Part shown: positions 10,872 to 21,363 of the stretch, piece after piece
Layout of the letters: each line of letters begins with the position of its first letter
Position numbering within the stretch: the stretch's first letter is position 1
Origin: an uncultured virus (IMG/VR IMGVR_UViG_2061766007_004262)
Lineage: Duplodnaviria > Heunggongvirae > Uroviricota > Caudoviricetes
Strand: one strand, 5' to 3'
DNA: 45,715 nt
IMG/VR virus record: IMGVR_UViG_2061766007_004262
The notes under the pieces: model-generated
The model's input: the letters and a program-made list of their open reading frames with translations, nothing else
What the model was told of the DNA's origin: nothing
Databases searched by the model: none
Translations under genes and position numbers: made by a program

Positions 10872-12626
10872 TCAATCCGCACTCCAGCGACTCTCGAATG
10901 CCTCCTTAGGCATTTGCAGACCTTTGGTCAGCTGATCAAGAACATCCTTTCCACCGGGCATCAGACGCAATGATGACAAATACTGCTTGATTTGCCCGCG
11001 AATATCCTTCAACGACGTCTTTGACTTGCTCCAGTTCTGCGCGGAAAATACTTTTCCGTCTGCGGTTGCGTTTTCGTATGCTGTGTCAAACGCAATATTC
11101 AGGCATTGGATCGACAGGTCAACAACGGTGTCCATCAGCCCGCTTTGATTCAGCTTTTCAACAACCACGGATGGACGAGGCACCAGTTCCTGCATCTTGT
11201 TAATTTCGCAGAATAAAACAGATATTGCAAACATCTGGTGGAAGGTGCCATAGGCCTTTATCGCCAGCAGCGCTTCATTGATTCCATGCGTGTTGTTGCT
11301 GTCCCAGCAGGGCACTACCGCTTTATAAATCTCGTTGAGCGCCTGGATATCCTCCGGCGCATAATCGCGCTGGAATAGCTGATTGAAGTACACGTCAAAC
11401 ACACGATTTTCGCTGTAAGCCATCGTCGGTCTCTGTGAATGCCAGGAAATCAGCCATTTTCCGAGAGACGTCAGATCGACGATATGGCTCGTATTATATT
11501 TTGCGGGGTCGGCTTTCTCACCACGTTTTGTGATGAAGTACCCGTCCGGAAACATCTGCTCGTAGGCTTTCTTCATAGCAAGAACGAATTTATCGTTGCT
11601 GCGGAGATCCCGTGCTTTAACGGCGCTCTGCGAGTTTGTGGAGGTGCTGATTTCATCGGCGCGTTCGGTATCGCTGATTTCGTAAAACCGAAACATGATA
11701 AAGGCATCACCGGCAGCCTTTGCCGCCTCGCTGCAACTGTAAATCGTGCTGAGGGACTGACAACCGTTGACAATGTTCAGTTCTTTCACGCTGAGGATGT
11801 TTCCATGCAATGTCATGGAGGAGCAGATCGCGGTGATGCCGTTGTGCAGAAAGAAGAACTCATCCGCATTCTTCCGAATGGTGCGCGCGATTCCCTTATT
11901 CACCTTATTGGTAGAGCCGAGTGACTGACGCACGTTTTTCCGGAACAGTGTACCGTCCTTGATTCCGGGAATCCGGACACATTCTTTCAGCGGAATTGCC
12001 TCTATTATAACCTTCGTTCCTGCAAGTGTCATTTGCAGGCACTGCGCTGGATCGACAGAAAACTCATGGTTGATATACGGTCTGTTTTTGTTCAGCGCTT
12101 CATCGTACCGAACTTGTAATGTTTCTTCATCGATGACCACCATGTTTGCGTTCAGCGCTTCATTAGATGACAGTGTCCGCTGGAACAGATCAAGATCCTG
12201 CGAGGCACTTTCCGTCAGTGTGGATGTTGTAATCAGTTCAAAAGAAACTTCGTATCCCTCAGCAAGCGCATCAGCAATATCAGCAATTTTTGCCCGGAGA
12301 TGGTCATTGGCGGATTCCTGCAGATGTTGTAAGTCCTGAATCTGTGTCCACGAAGACAGCACTTCTCGCAGCGGTGTCGCGTTAACAGAAACGCTGCTGT
12401 AGTATTTTCCCTGGATGATATAGATGGTTTCCGTCTGGTCATCAATATATACAGCATCTATCTGCTTGTCGCCCGGGCCATCTGTGATGCAGTCTTTCGC
12501 CTCATATGTATCGAGATTGTGAATGTTCCGCAGGTACCAGGCGATAAACCGCTGTCCTTCATTTGGAAAGTTCTCGACATAGTACGGCTGGGCTATATCA
12601 GTCTTAATTTTCTCATAGATGCCCAT
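10872..12626 (-). CDS. AIPR family protein
   Basis: N-terminal DGPGDKQIDAVY, then LFRKNVRQSLG, VNKGI, FFFLHNGITAI, IVNGCQS and TNSQSAVKARDLRSND. Confidence 0.9.
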   Translation of the reverse strand: MGIYEKIKTDIAQPYYVENFPNEGQRFIAWYLRNIHNLDTYEAKDCITDGPGDKQIDAVYIDDQTETIYIIQGKYYSSVSVNATPLREVLSSWTQIQDLQHLQESANDHLRAKIADIADALAEGYEVSFELITTSTLTESASQDLDLFQRTLSSNEALNANMVVIDEETLQVRYDEALNKNRPYINHEFSVDPAQCLQMTLAGTKVIIEAIPLKECVRIPGIKDGTLFRKNVRQSLGSTNKVNKGIARTIRKNADEFFFLHNGITAICSSMTLHGNILSVKELNIVNGCQSLSTIYSCSEAAKAAGDAFIMFRFYEISDTERADEISTSTNSQSAVKARDLRSNDKFVLAMKKAYEQMFPDGYFITKRGEKADPAKYNTSHIVDLTSLGKWLISWHSQRPTMAYSENRVFDVYFNQLFQRDYAPEDIQALNEIYKAVVPCWDSNNTHGINEALLAIKAYGTFHQMFAISVLFCEINKMQELVPRPSVVVEKLNQSGLMDTVVDLSIQCLNIAFDTAYENATADGKVFSAQNWSKSKTSLKDIRGQIKQYLSSLRLMPGGKDVLDQLTKGLQMPKEAFESRWSAD

Positions 12627-12647
12627 TGCGCAAGCTCCTTTACTCCA

Positions 12648-13904
12648 TTACTGATTATGCGCAGCCAACAGCTGCTTCAGCGGTATCCCATCCTCGCTTT
12701 TCCACGCAAGCAGACCGTTTGTCTCGCCGCCAAGGATGGTCGCGGCTGCGGCTGACGCGCTTGAGAAGGTTACATCCGCAGTAAACACTCCGTTCTGCAC
12801 TTGGTTTTGCTCGATCAGAACGTCACGGCGCTGGACGATCCACTTTCGGCAGGAGAATCGGGTTTTCAAATTCATACGTGAACCTTTCAGCACAACAAAT
12901 TTGTCTCCGACGCAATAACCTGTTGCTGCGAATTTCTTGCTGCTGAGGTGGAGAAGCTGTTTGGCCTCCGCAGGCAAAACCACCGGCTCAGGCTTTACGG
13001 TGGGTTCTTTTTTCGGTTTCTTCGGTGTTTTTGTCATTTTCGTTGCTGATGTCTCCGCCTCGTTTAGCTCTTTCAAAGTCACGCCGTCCTTGGTCTTCCA
13101 CTCGACCAGCCCGTTGGCGTTTTTGCCGCACACAAACGAGGCTGCGTAGGAGGGACTGCCGAAAGACACATCCCGCAGCAGGATGCCCTGATGATCGATC
13201 TGATCCGCGTATTGCTGCCTCGCTTTGACGATACCGGTGGGGAGATAGTCCGCCATATCCGGGCAGATGTAGCTTCCCTTCAGGACCCAGAAACCGTCAT
13301 CGGCGATCTTTCCGGTGGCGCGTCCGCCCTTGCCCTGGTTGCGGGTAAAGTACAGCAGCTCGTCCGCTTCTTCATGCTCGTCGGAAGGATGCGGCTCAAA
13401 CACCTTGTGCCCCAGCGCGGGTATGATCAGCTGCGTGTTCATGATGAACTCTTCCAGCATGTCCCGTATCTTCTTCTGAACAGGGGACTGCGGAGGGGTG
13501 TTTCCGTTCTTGATCAGATATCGATTGGTCTCTACGACGATATGATGAAAGCGATTCTCCAGGTATTTAATCTTTGCCTTATCCAAAGAGCCATCTGGCG
13601 TAACCAGAATCACGACCTCCGTCCAGTAGCTGCCGTCCTTTTCAAAGGTATGGGGCTGGAGGATACGCTTCAGCGTGTCATCGCCTTCGCCGACATACAC
13701 AAAAGGCTGTCCGCTCTCATCGTCCCGGCCAAAGAGGAAATACACACCCGGTGCATGAAGCTCCGGCAGATCGTCACAATGCTTCAGATCTGCACGGGGG
13801 ATCTTATAGGCGTTGCAATTCCAGTTGGAGAGCGTAGCCTGCCAACGGCCGGCAGCAGTGCCGTCCATCAGGTAGAGATCGATGCTTTTGCCAAGTTGCA
13901 CCAT
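12648..13904 (-). CDS. GIY-YIG nuclease with two C-terminal DUF4357 domains
   Basis: PGVYFLFG...YVGEG...KRILQ...KYLE...N form the GIY-YIG core. Two repeats of F.VLKGS...F.SpS.AA....G..NGL..WK..DG..LK follow. Confidence 0.85.
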   Translation of the reverse strand: MVQLGKSIDLYLMDGTAAGRWQATLSNWNCNAYKIPRADLKHCDDLPELHAPGVYFLFGRDDESGQPFVYVGEGDDTLKRILQPHTFEKDGSYWTEVVILVTPDGSLDKAKIKYLENRFHHIVVETNRYLIKNGNTPPQSPVQKKIRDMLEEFIMNTQLIIPALGHKVFEPHPSDEHEEADELLYFTRNQGKGGRATGKIADDGFWVLKGSYICPDMADYLPTGIVKARQQYADQIDHQGILLRDVSFGSPSYAASFVCGKNANGLVEWKTKDGVTLKELNEAETSATKMTKTPKKPKKEPTVKPEPVVLPAEAKQLLHLSSKKFAATGYCVGDKFVVLKGSRMNLKTRFSCRKWIVQRRDVLIEQNQVQNGVFTADVTFSSASAAAATILGGETNGLLAWKSEDGIPLKQLLAAHNQ

Positions 13905-13935
13905 GGTGATGTGCTCCTTCTGTGAGTATAGAATC

Positions 13936-16900
13936 TTACTCTATCGGCTTGATTAACCCTTCGATAAGTGCAATCTCATTCTCGCTCAAATCAAATGCTT
14001 TGTATAATTCTGCGTCTGTCCATTGCTTCGTGAAATCAAGCAGCGGTACAAATGCAAAAGATGCTTGGCTCAAGTGCTGAGATACAGCTATCTGAAGGAC
14101 GAGGAATCTTGCAAACTTGGATTTGAGATAATTCAAATAGTTTTGAGCCTCAACCTCCGTTGAAAAACTACCCGCAATTAAGTATGTTTCAGTACATATC
14201 GTTCTTGGTGGAAGAATCTCATTAGTCGAAAGCACACGATATTTGCCATCTTTATCCGCTTGACCCGCATGTTCAGCCGTCAGGTAGGAAATCATAACCT
14301 TCCATTTTTCCACCATATCTATTCCAGCCGATACCTTTTGAGAAGATATAGGGCCAATGCCTCCGCTCCAACGGAGATAAAGATCTCCTGTTTCGTCTGG
14401 CTGGACATATGTTCGCAAACCAAACGGGCGCTGTTTACTTACTAACGAGCTTAAAAACTCATTGGAATGGCTCTTCACCTTCTCAATAATGGAGATAGCT
14501 GCGTTATTGCGTATCAAAATCTCATGCTCATCCAAATACCTTAGGGATTCTGGTGCTCCTTCCATATCAGCATTTTTGAATAAGCACTTACCATTATACG
14601 CGCTGTCCCAAAGGAAATAACATAATCCACCAGCAATATCAACTGTAGGAAATAATGCCTGGGAATTTGAATAATCCACGACTTTAGCGAAACGATGGTC
14701 TTTCATCATCTCTTCTCTGAAGGAATCCAGCCCACGCCCGCCAGAATACCATTTTGCGGGAACAATCATAGATAAATAGCGCGGCTCAACATCTTTAGCT
14801 TGACGTATAAAATGGTGATACATAGGTACAGCGCTGGCTTTTGATCCACCATCCATTTCCTGATAGGGAGGATTACCTACAACAGCGTCAAACTTCATCT
14901 TCTCACCTTCTTTTCCCCATGTCTCTGGGTTGCGCAGCTTTCTGGAAAGTCTTGGCATATCCTGCATGCGTTCCATCAGTTTCGTCAAATAGATAGCATT
15001 GACCGGCCAGCCCTGATAGCCAGCCAGCGTGCGGATGGTGATTTGGCGCGCCATCTTGGTCTTGCACAGCACGTAGATATTCTGCTCTACGGTCTCCTGC
15101 CAAAGCCGCTGAGTTTCCTCCAGCTGAACGGTGTCCTCGCTGCCGGTCAGGCGCATGGCGTAGATACTAAATGCCATATAAAGCGGATAAAGTCCACTCT
15201 TGGAATTCATTTCGAGGATTTTCGCGTCCGGGTTCAGTAGCACCGCTTCGCTGGGCTCGCCCCGATCCACCAGGCGCGGTTCATCCAGCAAACCATCCGG
15301 ATGAACAAAGGTTTCGTCATAGAAGCAGAAGCCGCCCAGCATGTCGGAAAGGTGCATATTGACCACCCGCCAGGGCGTGAGCACCGTTTCCTTGTCGGGA
15401 TTGCGGAACAGGCTGAAGATCTCGGCGATACGAAGCACACGCTGCGTCGGTGGCATTTCGTCAGCAGCCCTCGCCATGCGGCGGATGCGCATTCCCGCGC
15501 CGACAATGACGTCCTCGTCGTAGTATTTGAGCAGCTGGCGGAACAGATCCTTTGTCACATCCTTGGGCATGAATTCCTCCCAGGATTCATCATCCACCAA
15601 GGTGATAAAGTCCTTCATGTGGATAGATTCCGTTAAGTCCACACCCGCGCCGTAAATGAGCAAGGGCAGACGAATTGAGATGTTGCGGAGGAGCTGAATC
15701 ACCTTTTCCCGCTCCTTGCGCTGCTCCCGTTCCTTTTCCAGCAGCGCTTCCTCTTCCTTGGTGCGCTGCCGCTTGGGCTTGTTCTTCGCTTTTTCGACCT
15801 TGTCGTACTCTTCGCCGGTCAGGCCCTGATCGTTTATCTTGACCTTCTTCGGCGTCTTAGCTTGTTTCTGCCCGGTGAGAATGGAGCCGAGTTTGTGGAA
15901 CAGCTCTACATCCCGTTCATCCATCACGATGCCGGTATCGCTCTTGTACACGGATTCATCGTCAAAGCCGCTCTTGATGGCCTTGTCCACTGTCAGCCGC
16001 TTGATCTGCCGCATGAGTTTCGGTACATCGTACTCATGCATGCCGGTCCCGTCCACAGCCAAAACAGGGCAGAAATTCAGGAATTCACCTAGCGCAATGT
16101 AACCTTCACTGTCGCCGCTCTTGCTTTTTTTCCCAATCGCATGAACTTCGGAAAGCACCTTGATGGCGCGATCTGGAGCAAAGTCGAAAGCGTAGCATAT
16201 CTCCTTTTGTTTGCCGTCCACGCATCCGGCGGATTGCACGCGGAAGATGGTCTGCATATATCCGGCGGCGGCAGTGTTAGCGGATCCAGTCAGCATCATA
16301 ACCGCCGTCCACTCGGGCACGGTCACGCCTGTGGTCAACCTGCCACAGGAAATGGTAATGGTATAGGGATTCTCCTGGATGGCGGCACGGACTTCCTTCA
16401 GCGCGTCGTCATAGGCTTTCTCCTCGTCCCCGTCCCCGGCGACGTTGGCTACCTTGTAGTGCTCGAACACCGGGTGATGGCGCAGCAAATCAGCCAGGGC
16501 GGCGGCGGCCTTCACGCCCGGCACCATCCAGAAGGTGTGCTTGAACATCTCCCGGTATTCGTGGGTGGAGAAGGGATAGAGACTGCCCTCGCTGTCTGTC
16601 GTGATCAGGTTAAGAAAAGACTTCACATCTTCCTCGTGCACAAAGTCGCCGATCTTTGCTCCTGTGGGCAACGGCCTGAAGTCCTGCTTTGGGTCGCCCG
16701 TCCAGGTACGGAAAAACTCCCTGAAGTTAAACGCCATATCCTCTGTCTCATAGCGATAGGATTCCGGCATGCTTTCCCGCAGGTCAAATGTCAAAATGCG
16801 CAGCTCTGGCAGATCAGCATACGGATTGGGCACACCGGGATATTTCTCGTCCCACTCGCGTTTACGACGCTGTTCCATGACATAGTCCCAGGAGTAGACG

Positions 16901-17985
16901 TTGTCATCGTATTTGCTGAGAATATTATAAGGTGTGCCGGAGAGGGACAGCACTTTGGGCGTCTTGCCACCCTTTGGAGCTTCCAGTAATTCCTGCACCT
17001 TCTGGCCGAGTTCGGTCTGTGTCCCTTCATGGGCTTCATCGTAAATGATGAAATCCCAGTCCATGTCAAAGACAACATCATTCTTCTTGTAGCCGCCGGG
17101 CTTTACTCTGGCAGATTCACGCAGGTCCTGCATAGACGCAAAGTACATGAAGTGTTTCCCGGACGCGGCAAGATTGCGGAGGGCATGGGCGTTCTCCGCG
17201 TCAATATGTGCGTCAAAATCTACTTCCTGACCGCCTTTTATTTTGGTCTGGAAAACGTGATCATCGCTGTCACCGAACACAAGATGATAGTCTTTCGCCC
17301 AGCCATCAGCAACAACGGGGCGGTGTGTCACGACGATAGTTTTCTGGAAGCCGCATGCCTTAGCGAGAGAGCAGGCGGAGATGGTCTTGCCGAAGCGCAT
17401 CTTGCAGTCCCAGAGCATTGTGTCCTTCTTCTTGAAGGTGCTCTGCGTTCTGCTGACCGCGTCCTCCTGTTCTTCACGCAGGACAATTGCTGGTTTATCA
17501 ATGAGGTTCGGCGTGGTGGTATCCGTTTTCTCCGCCTCGGTCTTTTCCGCTTCCGTCAATACATTCCTGCCTTCTTTGACGGCACGGATTGCGTTCATCG
17601 CGGTTTGAAGCGCAACAGGATACCATTCGCTGGGTCTTCCGGTATCAAAGAACTTTCGCGTGGGATATCCACTGCGGGAAAGAACATCATTCACTTCGTA
17701 ATCTCGGAAAGAGACAAGCATTGTGCTTCCATCATCAAGACGTACGTTTTTAACCGCCACTTCCGTATAGAGCAGTTCATACTGCGTCATGGCGGTGCCG
17801 GTTTCCTGCTTGATACGTTTATGCGCCGCAAAGTTCAAAAAGTCGCAGTTCGGTGTGAGCTGCGCTGCGCTGGCGGAGGTCTTGATCGTCGCGTCGCCGA
17901 TTTTCAGAAGTCCCGCATGATCTTCATAGGGAACGCGGAACACATAGATCAATTTGTACGATACAGGAGATTCATACGCGCTCAT
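13936..17985 (-). CDS. Fused restriction-modification enzyme: GIY-YIG-like nuclease, SF2 helicase, Eco57I-type adenine MTase and TRD
   Basis: N-terminal LIYVF...LLKIGD...KRIKQ...SEW, Walker A KMRFGKT, DEAH, SGTPY, QTIFRVQ, FDAVVGNPPY, and a C-terminal specificity region. Confidence 0.85.
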   Translation of the reverse strand: MSAYESPVSYKLIYVFRVPYEDHAGLLKIGDATIKTSASAAQLTPNCDFLNFAAHKRIKQETGTAMTQYELLYTEVAVKNVRLDDGSTMLVSFRDYEVNDVLSRSGYPTRKFFDTGRPSEWYPVALQTAMNAIRAVKEGRNVLTEAEKTEAEKTDTTTPNLIDKPAIVLREEQEDAVSRTQSTFKKKDTMLWDCKMRFGKTISACSLAKACGFQKTIVVTHRPVVADGWAKDYHLVFGDSDDHVFQTKIKGGQEVDFDAHIDAENAHALRNLAASGKHFMYFASMQDLRESARVKPGGYKKNDVVFDMDWDFIIYDEAHEGTQTELGQKVQELLEAPKGGKTPKVLSLSGTPYNILSKYDDNVYSWDYVMEQRRKREWDEKYPGVPNPYADLPELRILTFDLRESMPESYRYETEDMAFNFREFFRTWTGDPKQDFRPLPTGAKIGDFVHEEDVKSFLNLITTDSEGSLYPFSTHEYREMFKHTFWMVPGVKAAAALADLLRHHPVFEHYKVANVAGDGDEEKAYDDALKEVRAAIQENPYTITISCGRLTTGVTVPEWTAVMMLTGSANTAAAGYMQTIFRVQSAGCVDGKQKEICYAFDFAPDRAIKVLSEVHAIGKKSKSGDSEGYIALGEFLNFCPVLAVDGTGMHEYDVPKLMRQIKRLTVDKAIKSGFDDESVYKSDTGIVMDERDVELFHKLGSILTGQKQAKTPKKVKINDQGLTGEEYDKVEKAKNKPKRQRTKEEEALLEKEREQRKEREKVIQLLRNISIRLPLLIYGAGVDLTESIHMKDFITLVDDESWEEFMPKDVTKDLFRQLLKYYDEDVIVGAGMRIRRMARAADEMPPTQRVLRIAEIFSLFRNPDKETVLTPWRVVNMHLSDMLGGFCFYDETFVHPDGLLDEPRLVDRGEPSEAVLLNPDAKILEMNSKSGLYPLYMAFSIYAMRLTGSEDTVQLEETQRLWQETVEQNIYVLCKTKMARQITIRTLAGYQGWPVNAIYLTKLMERMQDMPRLSRKLRNPETWGKEGEKMKFDAVVGNPPYQEMDGGSKASAVPMYHHFIRQAKDVEPRYLSMIVPAKWYSGGRGLDSFREEMMKDHRFAKVVDYSNSQALFPTVDIAGGLCYFLWDSAYNGKCLFKNADMEGAPESLRYLDEHEILIRNNAAISIIEKVKSHSNEFLSSLVSKQRPFGLRTYVQPDETGDLYLRWSGGIGPISSQKVSAGIDMVEKWKVMISYLTAEHAGQADKDGKYRVLSTNEILPPRTICTETYLIAGSFSTEVEAQNYLNYLKSKFARFLVLQIAVSQHLSQASFAFVPLLDFTKQWTDAELYKAFDLSENEIALIEGLIKPIE

Positions 17986-19010
17986 GATTTCTTTTCCCCT
18001 TTCACCAGATCTATGTAGCGGAAACTCTGTTTATCGCGCCAGTCCATGATTTTGCAGTAAATGCCGGTATGGCTCGTGGGATCATTGTTATGACAGCCCG
18101 GGCAAGGCTCGTTATGATGAATGACATCAATCAGAGTTGGTTCATCCCACACTTTATTCTTGCAGCTGAAGGGAACTACATATTTCAGCCCATCCATCTG
18201 CCAAAGATTCCAGGATATAACCTTTGCGATCAGTTGGAGAATCTTTTGATCCGGTAATCTGTTGAACCGGGTTGAGTAGTATTCAATGAAAGTAGAAAAT
18301 ACATTCTCCCTGGCAAGTAACAGACTGTCTCCCTGAAACTCGAATCCATAAATGCTTTGGACAGCACGGATACCCCATTTGATCCAGTCCTCTTCGGTTT
18401 GTGTGTTTTCTCCGACCACGCGCAGCTTTCTGTCCAGCAGACCTATTCGTTCCTGAGTTGGGATCATTTCGCCTGTGGTAGCATCATATCGACTGACCAA
18501 ATAAGGGGCTTCTCCACAGGAGATTTCCATTCGTTTTGCGTCCACATAGCGTTTCCATGTGTGCATTCCCCTGGCGGGGAAGGAAATCGGTTCAGTCATC
18601 GCTTGCCACGAGTGCCCCACGGAAATGTTGAAGGCACTGCTTCTGCCAAACCAGGCTTCATCGATCAGGTTGTTTTGCTCATTGCAAATCCAGGGCGGTG
18701 TAAAAACTTCGGCTTTGTCGCGAACACGGTTTTGTTGGTTTTCGAGCGCCTTCGCCGTCCTTGGACGGATAAGAAGGGTGTGCTCACCAGTAATCAGTTC
18801 TGGCAGTATTTCAGCTTCTTTCCGGTATTTTTCGCCCAGGGCGCTGTAATCATCCGTTGCCCAGATAATGTTCCTTCGGGCGCTACGATCAAAAAGAAGA
18901 ATGCTGAGCAAGTTCTGCTCTAACTCCATGATATCATCTTCCAGGATATCCGCTAAAAACTGCTCAAGCATTCTCTCACATCCCTTCACTGGAGAAATAG
19001 AATGATCCAT
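17982..19010 (-). CDS. RM-associated methyltransferase-like subunit (SAM-binding half)
   Basis: KAEVFTPPW, MEISCGEAPY, YGFEFQGD and NLWQMDGL are present, but there is no NPPY. It overlaps the large RM gene by 4 nt. An alternative start is at 18971. Confidence 0.75.
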   Translation of the reverse strand: MDHSISPVKGCERMLEQFLADILEDDIMELEQNLLSILLFDRSARRNIIWATDDYSALGEKYRKEAEILPELITGEHTLLIRPRTAKALENQQNRVRDKAEVFTPPWICNEQNNLIDEAWFGRSSAFNISVGHSWQAMTEPISFPARGMHTWKRYVDAKRMEISCGEAPYLVSRYDATTGEMIPTQERIGLLDRKLRVVGENTQTEEDWIKWGIRAVQSIYGFEFQGDSLLLARENVFSTFIEYYSTRFNRLPDQKILQLIAKVISWNLWQMDGLKYVVPFSCKNKVWDEPTLIDVIHHNEPCPGCHNNDPTSHTGIYCKIMDWRDKQSFRYIDLVKGEKKS

Positions 19011-19012
19011 CT

Positions 19013-19240
19013 TTACCGCTGTGGTTTTACTTCATTATCTTCGGGGATAAAATCCACAATGTCCTGAACCTCACAATCTAAGGCTTTGCAAATTTTGGTT
19101 AGCACTTCGGTAGAAACATCTTCATCGCGGTTCATTTTCAACATTGCATGGTGTGAGATGCCTGCCATTTTTTCAAGGCCGCTTTTGTTGACCTTCTTGT
19201 CAAGCATCAAGTGCCATAGCTTTCTATAACTGACTGCCAT
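19013..19240 (-). CDS. Cro/C1-type HTH regulator heading the defence operon
   Basis: MAVSYRKLWHLMLDK...EDVSTEVLTKICKALDC...DI is typical of HTH_26. GGAGG RBS. Confidence 0.88.
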   Translation of the reverse strand: MAVSYRKLWHLMLDKKVNKSGLEKMAGISHHAMLKMNRDEDVSTEVLTKICKALDCEVQDIVDFIPEDNEVKPQR

Positions 19241-19295
19241 TGGCTTCCCTCCATGAACTTTGTGTATCAGTCACGGATATAATACTACATTCTGT

Positions 19296-19324
19296 ATTAT
19301 ACCAAATCAGCCAAAGGCAGTCAA
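19296..19324 (-). promoter_or_regulatory. Sigma-A promoter of the defence operon
   Basis: Minus strand TTGACT-17 bp-TATAAT with a TG extension. Confidence 0.75.
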
Positions 19325-19454
19325 CTGTTTAAGTCCGTTTTCAACCAAATTAGTTCCGTGTTGTATGTTCAATCAACACCATCAAAAACAGAACAAGTAG
19401 CCACAATGATTTCCCATCATGGCCACTTCCAAGTTTAGCACCGAAGCAGCGGTA

Positions 19455-19763
19455 TCGTACACACCTGAATTTCCCATCTGCTTTGCGTACTTCACGGTCA
19501 TCTGCGTCCCACCCGTCTGTCCATCGTATGCCGCCAGCAGCATATCCGCATTGTCAACGAAGCACCGGTTCCGGGTGAACATGACGGATTTTGTGTAATC
19601 ATCCTGTAAACGATCTCCCCGGCCATGATATCGACACCCCGGGCCATGAAAGTGGTATCTCCTTGCACAAGCTGTTTTATGAACTCTTCTCCGGAAAATA
19701 CTCTTTATTAGCATCGTACCCTGTGTGGATCAGATGCGCTTTATCCTCGGGTGTTAATTCCAT
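19455..19763 (-). pseudogene. Decayed SLOG/DUF1273 (YspA-like) gene
   Basis: One frame reads GDTTFMARGVDIMAGEIV and another reads RNRCFVDNADMLLAAYDGQTGGTQMTVKYAK. Both match the intact SLOG genes at 30991 and 34747, with frameshift and deletion. Confidence 0.7.
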
Positions 19764-19836
19764 TTTTCCTTCTCCTTCTGTATGTTCTACCAATAAAGAA
19801 TCGTGTAGTAGCTTGATCGTATGACATAGCAAAAGA

Positions 19837-21345
19837 CTAACTCTTAATAATATCTTCAAGCATCGGTTCAATCCCTGATGAAACCAGGTCTTCAACCATA
19901 TGCTGAGCAGAAAACCTATTAACATCCCATGCAACATACCTTAAAATCGTTGCCGCTATTTCTTTGACAACAAATGAGAACTTGCCCTTTAGCACCCTAA
20001 CTGCAAAGGAGGCAAAAGGATCGTTTGCCTCAAAGGATCTTCCGCAAACGTCACGGAATGAACGTTCTATACTTTGGATTATATGTTGTGCTTGCTCGTC
20101 ATTTTCAAGCATAAAAGAGATCAACATATCAGCGAACCCTGGCTGTTTATTCAAAAGAGCTTTTGAGATTCTTTCTGGATTCATATCATAAATATAGTTT
20201 TCTACATCGTCATCATATATCCTGCTACGTATTTTTTGCTCAATCCGCTCTCTGTTTTCCGCTTGGGCATGAAATTCAACCGATTTTTCAAAGAATGAAG
20301 ATAGTTGACTGGCATCAGCATATCTATAGGCGGCGTCAGAATTGGTCGCCTTCTCCGCTACACTTCTGTAAATATGATGCGAATCTCTGGCATCTCCTGT
20401 CATGATAAAGTTAATCAAACGCCCCAAAGAATAAACATCACTACGTTTATCTCCATCCTTAAGCATCATAAACTGTTCCGGAGCACAATAATAGTATTGC
20501 CCCACGGAATTTGTGTGAAGAGTTTGATGGGACGTAAAAACTTGCAAATCCTTTCCAAGACCAAAGTCAGCAATTTTTAGCATTCCAGATATAATAAAAA
20601 CATTGTTCGGACTTATATCTCTATGAATAATGTCCCTTTTATGTACTTCAGACATAATATGGAGTATTTGCCGGATGCAGTTCAGCTTTGTCTGATCATT
20701 CAGTTGGTTGTCAAGTACATAGCGTTCCAACGTAGTTTCCGCTGGTTCCATACTGTAGGAACAGTTACCTTCATCAAAGGTGAAAACCTGAATTATTCCA
20801 ACAGACCCCTGTAAAGATTTGGTTATATTATACTCTCTTTTAAACCGACTTCTGACCCCCGCATCAGTGAGGAAATCATCTTTAAGCTTTTTTATCACCA
20901 ATCCAGTGGATTTTTGCCGATATACGTTTGCAAATCCACCGCTTCCAATGAACACAAGATCATCGCTTTCGCGCATTAAGTGAAAGCGTCCTCTGGCAAA
21001 TGTAAGCTTGCAAAGATCTTGTTGAATAATCCTATTAATCTCTGCTACTATTTTCTCTGATAACTCAGCCGCAACTACTTCTGTTATGCCTTGATCTCTA
21101 ATCAGATAGTCCTTTTTGAGAATGATATTGAAAAAGGCATCTACGTTATTGGAATTAAGCAGATCAACTATCTTGTTATATACATATAACCAGCGTGAAG
21201 GAAATCCAGATTTGTATTCATCATTCGAGCCAAAGTATTGGTTGAAAAAAGAAACGAGTTTAGGGCCTGTTTTGTATGAGTAATATCCACCTTCATCCCC
21301 ACAGAATAGATGTGATATTCTTGTAATAGAATCCTCACTAATCAT
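19837..21345 (-). CDS. Ser/Thr protein kinase, Stk2-like anti-phage kinase
   Basis: GSGGFA, VIKK, HRDISPNN, DFG, APE and DVYSLG. The roughly 120-aa N-terminal domain (KTGPKLVSFFN...FPSRW) resembles staphylococcal Stk2. AT-rich. Confidence 0.8.
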   Translation of the reverse strand: MISEDSITRISHLFCGDEGGYYSYKTGPKLVSFFNQYFGSNDEYKSGFPSRWLYVYNKIVDLLNSNNVDAFFNIILKKDYLIRDQGITEVVAAELSEKIVAEINRIIQQDLCKLTFARGRFHLMRESDDLVFIGSGGFANVYRQKSTGLVIKKLKDDFLTDAGVRSRFKREYNITKSLQGSVGIIQVFTFDEGNCSYSMEPAETTLERYVLDNQLNDQTKLNCIRQILHIMSEVHKRDIIHRDISPNNVFIISGMLKIADFGLGKDLQVFTSHQTLHTNSVGQYYYCAPEQFMMLKDGDKRSDVYSLGRLINFIMTGDARDSHHIYRSVAEKATNSDAAYRYADASQLSSFFEKSVEFHAQAENRERIEQKIRSRIYDDDVENYIYDMNPERISKALLNKQPGFADMLISFMLENDEQAQHIIQSIERSFRDVCGRSFEANDPFASFAVRVLKGKFSFVVKEIAATILRYVAWDVNRFSAQHMVEDLVSSGIEPMLEDIIKS

Positions 21346-21363
21346 AAGAAAGCCTCACTTTTA

